Both the position numbers and the translations under genes were made by a program. A stretch of 63,863 nt of DNA, the filler included, from Atractiella rhizophila (lineage: Eukaryota), in the NCBI GenBank assembly GCA_021432655.1. It is 3 parts of 2 records of this genome, joined end to end, with 100 filler letters (N's around TTAATTAATTAA, not from the genome) between each part and the next. Parts side by side here need not be neighbours in the genome. Positions count along the whole stretch, not along the records: positions 1 to 31,218 come from MU271342.1; positions 31,319 to 52,167 come from MU271344.1; 1 more part is not named here. The stretch is one strand, 5' to 3'. Positions 26,185 through 37,479 of this stretch are shown piece by piece. Each line of letters begins with the position of its first letter. The stretch's first letter is position 1. The notes under the pieces are model-generated. The model worked only from the letters and a program-made list of their open reading frames with translations. It was not told the origin of the DNA and did not search any database.

Positions 26185-27714
26185 ATGGATGAAATCAAAA
26201 TGGACGGAGATATTGATTTACCTTTCCCAACAGAAATCATGATCCAAATCTTCGAATACATGCTTTCAACCACTTCCCCATACGGCCAGCTTCTTCCCTC
26301 CTCCGATCTCTGCTCTTTCGCACGCGTCAACAAGCGGTGGAACTCCATCGTTCAACCATTGCTCGCCAAATACGCTGTGCTCCTCTTCAATCTTGACCCT
26401 GGGGATGACGGCGTCAGGCGCGAAGAGATGTTCGATCTTGGCCGGAGGTTAATGCGGGATGGATGGAAAGTTTCGAGTGGGACCAAAGGCGAATCTGGTG
26501 AAGACGACGGGCTCAAGATCGCTGTGCTGAGGGATAGTCCAGTGGCCCAACACTTAACTTCGAAATATTGGAAATGCTTCTTCGATTTCTTCCATGCAGG
26601 CTTCCTCCTCTTTTTCTCCTCAAGGATCACCTACCTCCATCTCGAGGTCTACGATCCTGACTTACCCCTGACTTTCAACTTCCCTTCTCTCAGGACGTTA
26701 ACGGTCGAGGGGCTTGTATCTCACAGAGGAATCATAGGCACTCTCCACGAGGTATTTCCACATTTTGCCGACTTCTCATCTTTACAAGTGCTGGACATTC
26801 GGAACATCGACTTTTTCAACTGGCACTCTAACCTCCCTCCACCAACTTTTGTCCTTCGATCCTTATCCATCTCTTACAAGTCCATTTCGCCCCCTGAAGG
26901 GAGGACTCCAACGCCGAAGATCCTTGGATTTTTCCAGTACATGGCCTCCGCTTTCGAGAACAGATTAGAGCGCCTCCGCGTCCGAACTGCGGCTCCTGAA
27001 CGCGCAACGTTATGACGGCTATACATCTACATATGAGATCTCTTTTCCGGCGAGTAGAGTCGATTTATTCGACAGTTTCGACCTCATATCCTGCAATCAT
27101 ATCGTCTTCTTCTCCTATGTCATCGAATACTGTCACTTGAATCTCCCCGTCTTCCCGCCGCTTCCCAAACTCAAACACCTGGAATTTGGCTCCGCGCGAT
27201 ACGGGATACAAGACCTTCCCCTTCTGTCCACCTTTCCCTCCCTCAACCAATCGAGAAATCTCAAGTCCCTCAAACTGACCGAAGTTGCCATCGTCTTCCC
27301 GCCGCCTGAATCAGACTTCCACTTCGATGCCGCAGACTGGAAGTTCCAGTTGGAGAAACTAGACTGGACACACCCGCGAGATAAGTTCACACCAAGCGAC
27401 GTCTTTCTCAGTCTCCAAATCCTTCATCCAGACCCCTGCTCTCCCTCCATTCGAGCCTTCCGCCTCTCTTATTTATCGTTTGGTGATCCAACACACAATA
27501 ACCTCTTCCTCTCCCCCTCTACTCCCCCACTTCCACCTCGAATCCAAGCTCGCCGTCCATCGACGTCTTCGAAAACCACTCGCTCCAAAACCATCCAAAC
27601 TCGGTATCCCCCACCACCTCTTAATTTCCACTCCCACGTACGAACTGCAAGACCGCACCCTGTACCTTGATAACGGCCATCCGGACTCTCTCTGTCTCTT
27701 CCTCCAACCCCTGA
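26185..27714 (+). CDS. F-box protein with LRR-like C-terminal region (frameshifted; runs into a gap)
   Basis: N-terminal LPFPTEIMIQIFEY...DLCSFARVNKRWNSIVQPLL; repeated LxxLxL units (SLRTLTV, SLQVLDI, KLKHLEF, NLKSLKL). Frame changes near 26970-27015. Confidence 0.7.
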
Positions 27715-28693
27715 NNNNNNNNNNNNNNNNNNNNNNNNNNNNNNNNNNNNNNNNNNNNNNNNNNNNNNNNNNNNNNNNNNNNNNNNNNNNNNNNNNNNNN
27801 NNNNNNNNNNNNNNNNNNNNNNNNNNNNNNNNNNNNNNNNNNNNNNNNNNNNNNNNNNNNNNNNNNNNNNNNNNNNNNNNNNNNNNNNNNNNNNNNNNNN
27901 NNNNNNNNNNNNNNNNNNNNNNNNNNNNNNNNNNNNNNNNNNNNNNNNNNNNNNNNNNNNNNNNNNNNNNNNNNNNNNNNNNNNNNNNNNNNNNNNNNNN
28001 NNNNNNNNNNNNNNNNNNNNNNNNNNNNNNNNNNNNNNNNNNNNNNNNNNNNNNNNNNNNNNNNNNNNNNNNNNNNNNNNNNNNNNNNNNNNNNNNNNNN
28101 NNNNNNNNNNNNNNNNNNNNNNNNNNNNNNNNNNNNNNNNNNNNNNNNNNNNNNNNNNNNNNNNNNNNNNNNNNNNNNNNNNNNNNNNNNNNNNNNNNNN
28201 NNNNNNNNNNNNNNNNNNNNNNNNNNNNNNNNNNNNNNNNNNNNNNNNNNNNNNNNNNNNNNNNNNNNNNNNNNNNNNNNNNNNNNNNNNNNNNNNNNNN
28301 NNNNNNNNNNNNNNNNNNNNNNNNNNNNNNNNNNNNNNNNNNNNNNNNNNNNNNNNNNNNNNNNNNNNNNNNNNNNNNNNNNNNNNNNNNNNNNNNNNNN
28401 NNNNNNNNNNNNNNNNNNNNNNNNNNNNNNNNNNNNNNNNNNNNNNNNNNNNNNNNNNNNNNNNNNNNNNNNNNNNNNNNNNNNNNNNNNNNNNNNNNNN
28501 NNNNNNNNNNNNNNNNNNNNNNNNNNNNNNNNNNNNNNNNNNNNNNNNNNNNNNNNNNNNNNNNNNNNNNNNNNNNNNNNNNNNNNNNNNNNNNNNNNNN
28601 NNNNNNNNNNNNNNNNNNNNNNNNNNNNNNNNNNNNNNNNNNNNNNNNNNNNNNNNNNNNNNNNNNNNNNNNNNNNNNNNNNNNNNNNNNNNN
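27715..28693. other. Assembly gap (N run)
   Basis: Continuous Ns. Confidence 1.
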
Positions 28694-28739
28694 AGATGAT
28701 GCAGATAAGGAGATTGACGGGAAGTCTGGCGGGGAACAG

Positions 28740-29786
28740 CACGCTGATGCCGCCTATGGGCTGGATGACCTTTGTGCGTGGACGTTAGCAGGAGCAATCC
28801 AACCTTCATTGGACGTCTACTGCGATCAAAAGACGTACGATGTGCTCTCCCGAGTCTTCCCCTACACCATCGACCGATCCGCTTTGACAGGGGGAGGAGA
28901 TGTCCGCCAATTCTCCTGGCACGTCTTCGAGGACGATCAGCCCCTGCGTTTGTTTGGCAGCACAATCATACCCCTCAGAGTGGAGCATGGAGTCTCAGCA
29001 TCGCAGTCTACCCCTTCCTCTGCCCCTGCCGTCAACTCCATCCCTGGCCGAAACCCATACTCGAATTCGAACGAACTCAGCATACCCGGAGAGAACACGA
29101 AGGAGGAGAAGGCAAAAGCGCCGTATTACTGTCTCGGCTACCTGATCGACGATTCGATCGCTTACCTTTCTGATGTTTCGCAGATCCCTCCTCCGGTCTG
29201 GAGAGTACTCCATTCCTCATATATGCTCACGGGTCGCCACTTGGATGTCCTCGTCATCGACTGCTTGCGTCTCTTACCTCACACCTCACACTACGGGCTT
29301 CCCCAAGCCCTCTTGACCTCGTCGCTCCTCCGTCCAACTCGCACCTACCTCACGGGGTTCGCACATCGCACCACCCATTCTCAGTGGATAAGCGTAGGGA
29401 GGAGTTGGAGCGAATCCGGATGGAGCATCCGTGGAGTAAAGAACATCCAAAGGCTGGAAGAGATGGATGTGCTTCAAATTCCTCCCCAGGATGTCGATCC
29501 CTACGTTTTCAACGAGACATCCCAAATCATCGAGAATGCGGCAAGTGGAGATGATTTTGCATTCGTGCGGTTAGCGAGGGAGATGACGGAGAGCATAGCC
29601 CTCAAGGAAATCCTTGGGGACGTTGCATGTGAAGTACAGGGAAAGGCGATGTTACGCCAGGCGTCTGCTACAACATGGGTTCGACCTGCCTATGATGGCC
29701 TTAACGTTTTCATCGGAGTTGGTGAGCAGGGTAAAAGAGTTTGGGACGACTCTCCGGAAGAGGACAGAGTTGATGATGACAACTAG
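28740..29786 (+). CDS. Metallo-beta-lactamase-fold hydrolase (PhnP-like), 3' part; 5' end lies in the gap
   Basis: After a TTGAC...CAG acceptor: HADAAYGLDDL, GGGDV, VEHG, YCLGY, YLSDVS, LVIDCL...HTSHYG, TYLTGFAH, VRPAYDG. Confidence 0.85.
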   Translation, partial: HADAAYGLDDLCAWTLAGAIQPSLDVYCDQKTYDVLSRVFPYTIDRSALTGGGDVRQFSWHVFEDDQPLRLFGSTIIPLRVEHGVSASQSTPSSAPAVNSIPGRNPYSNSNELSIPGENTKEEKAKAPYYCLGYLIDDSIAYLSDVSQIPPPVWRVLHSSYMLTGRHLDVLVIDCLRLLPHTSHYGLPQALLTSSLLRPTRTYLTGFAHRTTHSQWISVGRSWSESGWSIRGVKNIQRLEEMDVLQIPPQDVDPYVFNETSQIIENAASGDDFAFVRLAREMTESIALKEILGDVACEVQGKAMLRQASATTWVRPAYDGLNVFIGVGEQGKRVWDDSPEEDRVDDDN

Positions 29787-30659
29787 TGACCTTTACTTCG
29801 AATTCCTTTTCAAGTTGGCCATTGACGAAGGGCAAAGGAACAACGTACACCGACAGCGTTACCATAAAATACAATCAGCTACTGCGCTTTGAGTGGGCTG
29901 AGAACGCAACCACACCATGCACTCACTCCAGCTCAAATCCTTGGAAGCAATCTTCAACTTTTCCAGCATCCGTTTCTGCCCCCCCTCCGTTCTATTGGCA
30001 CCGCCATAAAACACACCTCTGACGGCAACATCAAAGAACTGCAATCTGCCATTCCCAACTTTCCTTCTACCATATCCACAAGCGAATCCATCCAGCTTGC
30101 GGATGAACCAGATCGAGAGAACTTGGGAAGTTCAACGCGTTCAATATGTTCAATGCGGTCCAACCTCCAGCGGCATTTTCTCCAGAGCGGGGTACTGAGT
30201 ATTGAACGTTGCCTCAAGTTGGGGGGGAAGCGCTCATGTGAACAGCAAGCTCTCCCTTTCTATCCACTTGAACTGCCACCCATTCACCCAACATCCGCCT
30301 ACTTGGGGTTGATCAAGCCATTTTGAAGCAAAACGGTCAACTGGCAATGGTGGGTGAACCTTTCGTTTGTGGGTGTAATCCCGAACATCGTCGTGTATCT
30401 ATCGTTCGCATGGTTCTACCAGTACAGGATCTCTTCATCGAACGATCTGAATTTAGCTTTTTACTACCTCTTGCAGTGCTTTAGTGCTCTAGTGCCAGGC
30501 ATTGCTCGAACAAATTGTCTTGGTTCGTGCTCAGCGTATGAGACAACCGTTTGGATTCTTGCTCAACCCACGCCTCTCTCTAACGAGACAAGAACACAAG
30601 CACAGACAGAGCATGCTTTCTTCAGTAATGTGCCTGGAATGCTGCAGACTTTCGCTTCT

Positions 30660-31218
30660 ACGTGACTCTGATGAATAACGTGCAGGATCTAGCTTCGGCT
30701 TTGACGAGTCAGAAAATCACTTTAGCTATCCTGAACCTCAACGCCGCCACTATTTTTTTCATTTATATGTGCATGATGTTGAAGCATTGTTATGTAAATC
30801 TTCCTCGGTTTTATCGCATCAACAGGCATTCGAGGAGGCGAAACTACTTCATCGAGATGTCTCTGTCGAAAACGTCCTATCGCTAAGATCGGTGAATGGC
30901 GAGGGGCGAGGAATACTTACAGACTCAGAACTAGCTAACAACGTTGATGATTCGTCTGCACTTGAGCCAGAACAAATCGTTGGTGTATCCACATCCGCAA
31001 ACACATTTTAACAGGGAACTTATCAGTACCTTTCTCTTCGACTGGTAGGAGAACCTCGAAACCAGCGTCTTGTCTGACGACCTCAAGTCTTTCCTTTACG
31101 CCCGTCTTTTCGGTGACTTTGAGTTGTGGCCCGTGTCAACCTACCCCTTAACTGTATCGACCCCAAAGAGCTGCTGAAGATGTCTACGCTTCAAGGCTTG
31201 GCTTGATATCAAGACTCG
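30660..31218 (+). pseudogene. Degenerate fungal-type protein kinase (FunK1/Pkinase_fungal) fragment
   Basis: HQQAFEEAKLLHRDVSVENV, GILTDSELA, GTYQYLSLRL and out-of-frame DDLKSFLY; interrupted by stops and frameshifts. Confidence 0.7.
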
Positions 31219-31318
31219 NNNNNNNNNNNNNNNNNNNNNNNNNNNNNNNNNNNNNNNNNNNNTTAATTAATTAANNNNNNNNNNNNNNNNNNNNNNNNNN
31301 NNNNNNNNNNNNNNNNNN
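31219..31318. other. 100-nt artificial scaffold join containing a TTAATTAATTAA six-frame stop spacer
   Basis: Ns flanking TTAATTAATTAA at 31263-31274. Confidence 0.95.
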
Positions 31319-31496
31319 CAATGGCGTGGAAAATTACAAATGCAAGAACTACTAGAAGAACTGACCCATTACTGCTTCTTTGCAACAACATGAACACCAT
31401 ACTGTGATGAAGAGTACTGATCGTGAGTGTCCACATCTGGCGAAAGATCGAGCCTATGCTCCCAATTGGACCCTTGTTCAGTTTGTTCTCGAATGA

Positions 31497-32975
31497 TCAA
31501 TTAACGGACCCCTTTCCCAAGTTTGTCACACTTTCACCTTTGACGACCGCGTCTTCGAAACTAATGGGCAAAGCAGTGCCGTCCACTTGTCTCCCGAGGT
31601 TCTCAAGTCGTACTTCTCCCCTTCCATGCGTACCAGGTTGATTATGATTCCCAAAGTTCGGATTCATGTTGTTTCGAAGCCTGGATCCACTGCCGCTCGA
31701 AGGACCTTCCTCTCGCAAGTTCACAGAACCGACAGACCGGAGATGGAGCACAATGCGACAGGCCATCATTGGGGTGAATGTCACTGAAAGCGGTACGTTG
31801 AGTGCTGGATTGACCACCCCCGGGATACTGTCTCATTCACAAGTTCCAATTTGAACATATACGATCGTTGGAGAGATAACCAGGACGACAAACCTGAAGT
31901 AAACTGCATTAATTAGGTTGCAGATGGATACCACAACAAAGTATACGAGTCCATCGCGGGCAAAGATGGTGAGGAGGCGTGTGCGAGGTGCCTTGCGCCA
32001 GTGAGAAATGAGCGGGCTGTGCTAGTTTTCAGTCACAATGTTGTACATAAGTAGCACTTGACGCACATAATAACGAATATCGTGACCGTCGTGTCGTAGA
32101 GCAGAAGCGAGACCCTGAATTCTCCTCATTAATTTAGTAAATCTGCTGTCGAGCGGCGGACCAGGAAACCCATATGTAGCTTCAAGAGATATCAACTTCC
32201 TAGACATCAACTTGAGAAAGAAGAAAATCACCTCTGGTCGGCGCGAGCAGAGATACACCCACGCAAGCCATGAGGTCTATTCGATATGTCAATGACTCTC
32301 TCCCAAACCAAACTTTGAGCAGGTACAAATGTAATGGTTTGTTCGGGGCAAGCGTCCAAATCTGAAGAGCAGCAGCAGATATCGCAGATATTCCAAAGAA
32401 CCAAGCAATCCATCTCCGGCGGTTCCACACTACTAACACTCTCGCAACGAGCAGGAACTCACAACTCACTGCATTCATATACGTCAGCCCCCTTGCTTTC
32501 AGATTGAGGGAGAGATAGCCACGGGAGATAATCAGGGTGGACAGGGGCGGGAGAAGATGAATCTTGTTGCATGTCTTCAGGTCAATCTTGAGCCAGTAGA
32601 GGCACATGAACCCGACTAAGTGTAGGAGACCTCCGTAGCTTCATATTTCACGTCAGCCTTCCCGCATGTTACAACAGAGTGGCTTGCCGGCTGATGAAGA
32701 AAGCGACGCGGACAGGTGTCCAGCGCTCAGCATTCCACATCGTCCTGTATTCGTCTGGGAAAGTAAGGATGAAATCCCAACCGTAGATTGCAAAGCACGC
32801 TGTTCTCCAGTTCAAGTTCAAGGAGCTTGACTCGCAGAAGTAAGAAAGAGAGCGAACCAGTCAAATATGTACGACTAGCAGAAAGAACCTCTTCGATAGC
32901 TGCACGTTGGAGAGCAAGATCCAGCTGTTCTTCTACTGTGGGATCCGGACCAGTTGAAGGATTGGAGGATGACAT
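31497..32975 (-). CDS. Multi-pass membrane protein, DUF6533-type (7TM-like)
   Basis: FAIYGWDFILTFPDEYRTMW...FFISR|YGG; CEFLLVARVLVVW; final helix FTPMMACRIVLHLR and a polar tail; several short introns. Confidence 0.8.
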
Positions 32976-33719
32976 CCTCCGCTTCTAGGGACAGATTTGA
33001 ATTCTAAATTGCCCTTCTCAGCCGAGACGAGATGGCCTGAAATGAAGACCTCTTTTATACTTGTGGAATGAATTAGAGGATATGTTGCTGCATGAGCGTT
33101 GATTCCTCTCTGAAAGATTTCACTTTTGGCGGGGAAGACAATGTAACGCTCGAGAAAAGACCCACGCTTCTGACCGGGCGCCAGCATGGAGACTGCTCTG
33201 AGATCACGATTTCCTGCCAAAAGTCCCCACCTCCAAGACCTCACTGTTTCTGCCAACACTTCTGCATCGAATTCGGCATGATTCTGACTCTGAGAACATC
33301 CCAGAGAGTTATTTCAACCGTGCCAGATGGAGAATCTTCGATAAAAGAAGCATCGATAACAAACTTTGTACTATGGATTATGCATTACGTTGCTCCAATC
33401 ATAAGCCGAATAAATCAAACCTCCAGCTCGCTCCATCTCCTCCTCTTTCTTTCCGAACTCTGAGTGGACTTCTGCTTTGCATGGGCACGTTCTGAATTTC
33501 TGAAAGTAAGATGCTGAGGAGAACCTCCATCGTCATAGCATGATCGAATGGGCTCATCCTTTGACAGCACTGCATTGGAGGAAATAAACCAGCGTTCTTC
33601 CGGGGAACAAACTTCTTCGAATGCAAAGATGAACTTTGCAGCGACGAGGAAAGAGGGCACAGTGCCGCAGTCGCATTCATTTGTATTTGTTCATTTAGTG
33701 GTTTGAGCGTCATCTCAGC

Positions 33720-34259
33720 CTAGACCATCAGCATTACTCGTGTAGAACTACTGAATTTCCGTATCAATATCTGGTGCCAACCTGAGTGATGGCGCAGCTC
33801 AAGCCCACTGAAGAAAAGAAATTGTCGATGAGGACAAAGAACCAAGATTCGATGCTGCAGCCAGGATTGAAGAGGAACTGAGAATGAAGAGGGAAGGTAG
33901 GGAAGGTCTTTGATGAGACAACATTGAACTTGTCTACAATATCCGATGTGAGAGCAGGCAATGATAGACGATTCGATATGCAAGCAGTGCAGTTCGGGTG
34001 AAAGTAAAATCAGATCAAGTATAAAGTAACTGACCTCTTCCACCGAGTCCACCCTCAGTCTCGTCCTTCCCTCCCCTTCTCCCTCCACCGTGTTCTGTGT
34101 GCTTATCGGACTCGTCATCCCTATCCAAACACCGCGCTCCTCTTTCCACTGGAGTACAATAAAAGAATACTGCGGTGGGTGGCGCGATGGTATCGTTACG
34201 GGTATGGGAGAGCCTGAGGGGTTGTATCTGTGACCTGAGATGCTTAAGTTCGATGGCAT
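33720..34259 (-). CDS. Possible hypothetical protein
   Basis: ATG-initiated ORF downstream of a pyrimidine-rich leader, with a plausible GTCAGT donor after DSVEE. No recognisable motif. Confidence 0.25.
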   Translation of the reverse strand: MPSNLSISGHRYNPSGSPIPVTIPSRHPPQYSFIVLQWKEERGVWIGMTSPISTQNTVEGEGEGRTRLRVDSVEEVSYFILDLILLSPELHCLHIESSIIACSHIGYCRQVQCCLIKDLPYLPSSFSVPLQSWLQHRILVLCPHRQFLFFSGLELRHHSGWHQILIRKFSSSTRVMLMV

Positions 34260-34663
34260 GCAAGGGATGTGAGACCCGCGTTTGAAGCGAAGAGAAGGTG
34301 AAGGGCGAGTGAGACAGGGAAGAGTGGGAGACAGGGAAGAGTGCGATGTGGAGGGCCAGAGGAAGGAGGAGGCAATCTCTGGACCAGAATTCAGCCCTGG
34401 ATTCGCCTCGGAGTTCTTGCCAGTGTAAAGAAACCGTGATAGAGTAGATGATTGAGTAATACTTCAGCACAGCTTTTCACAAGTTCTTCCCGCTTATTTG
34501 TCACTAGCAGCAGTCACTCGGTCAGTTCATATGTTACTATTCTGTCTTCTTCTTTTCTTTCAAATCAAGATACCTCGCGTAAGCCAACTTCCATATCTTG
34601 CCACCCTTCGACTCGATTACGTCACCTATACGAATGTTAGCATTTTACTCCGAGACATTTGCC

Positions 34664-34954
34664 TCAAAAATCACCATGACAGGGAATAATTTTTTCGATA
34701 TCCCAGCTGGCAACCCTTCGTGCACTCTCTCGCATGAGCGTCGTATCCTTCCCTCCTGAATGCATACTCGCCACAAATCCATCGTGGAACCACTTTGCCG
34801 GCTGGAAGATGGACACCATTGATCTGCCACCAAGAAACCATGGTGTTGAGGACTTGGTTGATTTTGAGTATTGCTCATCTGCTGGGAGGTTGAAAATGAG
34901 GTCTGCAAGTACTAGTGTCTTCGATGGCGTGTGGTACAGCGCAATATCCTTGTT
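34664..34954 (-). pseudogene. Orphan 3' exon of a DUF4336-like (MBL-fold) gene
   Basis: After a TTGACTGA...TAG acceptor: NKDIALYHTPSKTLVLADLIFNLPADEQYSK...VASWDIEKIIPCHGDF*. No ATG start, so it is absent from the ORF track. Confidence 0.7.
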
Positions 34955-34972
34955 CTACCCTCAATATATCAG

Positions 34973-35870
34973 TCAACACTCCTTCATTGGGAGTTGAATC
35001 TTAAGGTTTCCTTTTCCAACAGCATGTCCCCTAGATCTCCAGGCTCCACGGATCCCAATCGGTTTTTCCAAGACCTTGTAATCGTGGAGAAGCCATGGAC
35101 AGACGGTTAAGTGAATCGACGCCGCGCTATCCAAATGGAAAGGTCTTGCTATGGTGTCGTTTGAGCTCTCTTCTTCTGTTTCCGTTAACAGAACTACGCC
35201 CTCCTTCTCTTGACTTTCGTCTTCCTCCTCCAGCGAGTAAGACCCTCCTTCATCCAAGGACACCATATAAGCTCTAAACTCTACAGGCTCCAAGCCACTG
35301 TCTTCATCCACTCCTACGAAATATGCACCACCCACTGCTTCATGCTCAGAGACCACTCCTGGTTGCTCAGAGTATGGTCTTCCAGTCGATGGATCTGTAT
35401 CAGACGCACGGATCGGATTCGCGTGCTGTTCATCCGCGACCGTGGCAATGAATGCAGATGCTTCTTGTCGTGGGAGATGAATGTCGTATTTCTTGAAGAT
35501 TGCTGCAAGAGATGCCATTTGCTGTTTTCGATCGAGGCTGCAGTTCCGGCCATAGTGTCCCTCTTTTCCGCAATGGTAACACTGGCGAGGACCCAGTCTA
35601 AACTGTCCTCTCTCGGTGGTTCCGTGAGGCCAATTTCCCCAGTTTTTGATGGATCTCGCGTTCGGGGCCATTCGATTCAAAAGAGGGCGTTGTGATCGTT
35701 CCGTCCTCTTTTTATTCTCCCCACGATCGACCCCGGTAGACCTTGAACTGGAGGGCTGGCTTGAAATCCTTGACGCAAGATCACTTGACGGGAGGTTTCC
35801 AAATCCCTCGTTCTTTCCCATCCTTGCGAGGAGTGCTACGTTCGATTTTTCGGGAGTAAGAAAAGGTTAG
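34973..35870 (-). mobile_element. Ty1/copia LTR-retrotransposon fragment (gag zinc knuckle plus protease)
   Basis: CYHCGKEGHYGRNC (CCHC) followed by FHLDSAASIHLT and AVGKGNLKI, typical of the copia protease region. No integrase, RT or LTR seen. Confidence 0.8.
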
Positions 35871-36669
35871 AACACACATCAAGCATACTTCATAAGTCCG
35901 GACTAGCGGTGAACTGCACATGTTTGGCACGGCATCCGGAACGCAATGCAAATGCAATCAAACAAGTGGCATCCATGGATCTCAGGCATTATCAGAAACG
36001 TCAAAACAGTGACAGGGTATCTTTATTCGGAATTATTGCGCTATAGGAGAATCGGCGGCGTCCTGGCACGTCCCGTCCAAATAACAGCGCCAAAAGGCTT
36101 CAATGTGCAATTAACTGGCTGTAACGTGACTGTGTACTAAACAGGTAATTGTAAATATGACGAGCAACTTCAAGTTGCAGTTTCACCTCACCAAATTGGG
36201 TGTGTTGCAGAAGTCGGCAGCCCAGCCAGAAGAATGGCACGTGGGTCGAAGCATGCCTGCCGGATAACCATTGCAGTGGTACCTTTTCATTGCATCGCAA
36301 AGGATGGTGTGCTCCTCATTTCGACTATCAAGCTTCTGTATTACTGAATATTTGGTGAACAAACGAACAATGCTTCAACGCACGGCGACGCTTCTCTTGC
36401 CAGCTGGTCTTGTTCTGCTATATGGTATCCCGGTATACTTAGACTTCCTGCTGCTGAATACCACTCTTAAGTTGATACTGATGCAGTTATGAGAGAAATG
36501 GATTTCACAGAATGCCTGGGAAGTGGATGCCTCATGGTAGACTTCAAAGTTGCAATAATTCTCTTTTATCTCTCGACTCAAGCCTAAGACCGTTTAACAT
36601 CAGAGGAGAAAACAATTTATTTTCTGTTAAATTCTTCACATTTGTTTAGTTTGACACGGGTACTGTGAG

Positions 36670-37479
36670 TTACTTCTGACCCTCCATAATCTTGATGCTC
36701 GCGCTCGCACCGACCCTGTCAGCGCCGGCTTCCCTCATTTTCTCAAAATCCTCATAAGTCCTAATCCCACCACTAGCTTTTACTCTTCCCTTCCCTTCCC
36801 CCACGTTCTCACAACACCATTTCATGATCCTGACGGCCTCCACGCTCGCTCCGCCCGCCGCATTGAAACCGGTACTGGTCTTGATAAAATCCGCACCAGC
36901 AAGAAGGGAGATACAACTGGCGATCGCAATCTTCTCCGGCTTCAGGACGGCGGTTTCAAGGATGACTTTTAGAGTGACGTTATGTTCGTGACAAAGAAGT
37001 GCGAGCTGTCGGATCTCATCGAAACAAGCCCAATAATTTTCTTCACCCAGCCATCCCAAATTGATCACCATGTCGATCTCCTTAATAAATCCTTTCCCGT
37101 TTTCAATGCACCACCTCGTCTCTTGAAGCTTGGTTTCTGTCGCATTCGCTCCGAGGGGGAATCCAACAACGGCACAGAGAAAGGGGAAGAATTCGGCATT
37201 TTCTTCTTTCGCCTTTTGAAGGAGCGAAGCGGCATGGGGAACCCATACTGAATTGATGCAGATAGCTGCGAATCGATGGGTCAGGGCTTCGGAAACGAGC
37301 TTGGAGACGTCGGACGATGTCGCAGTGGCTGCCAAGACAGTATGATCAATGTAGGAGGGTACGGGATTTTTAGGATATGGAGATGACGGGGCAGGTGGAG
37401 GAATGGGAATGTGGGGGATTGATGTGGAAAGGAAGACCGAAAGTGAGTCCGCTGTGATCAAGGGTGGTGCGGGAAGCAT
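36670..37479 (-). CDS. deoC: Deoxyribose-phosphate aldolase
   Basis: YIDHTVL, VVGFPLGA, EIDMVIN, LKVILET, GADFIKTSTGF (Schiff-base Lys), VKASGGIRT, GADRVGAS. Confidence 0.96.
   Translation of the reverse strand: MLPAPPLITADSLSVFLSTSIPHIPIPPPAPSSPYPKNPVPSYIDHTVLAATATSSDVSKLVSEALTHRFAAICINSVWVPHAASLLQKAKEENAEFFPFLCAVVGFPLGANATETKLQETRWCIENGKGFIKEIDMVINLGWLGEENYWACFDEIRQLALLCHEHNVTLKVILETAVLKPEKIAIASCISLLAGADFIKTSTGFNAAGGASVEAVRIMKWCCENVGEGKGRVKASGGIRTYEDFEKMREAGADRVGASASIKIMEGQK

Noticed and set aside
27469..29786. Long ORFs of 768, 498 and 373 aa spanning the N run
   Set aside because: Artefacts of translating Ns; the flanks belong to different genes (F-box and MBL hydrolase).
31263..31274. 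TTAATTAATTAA as a piggyBac target site or regulatory palindrome (also 52212-52223)
   Set aside because: Centred in exactly 100-nt N blocks: an inserted six-frame stop spacer. Adjacency across these joins is unproven.
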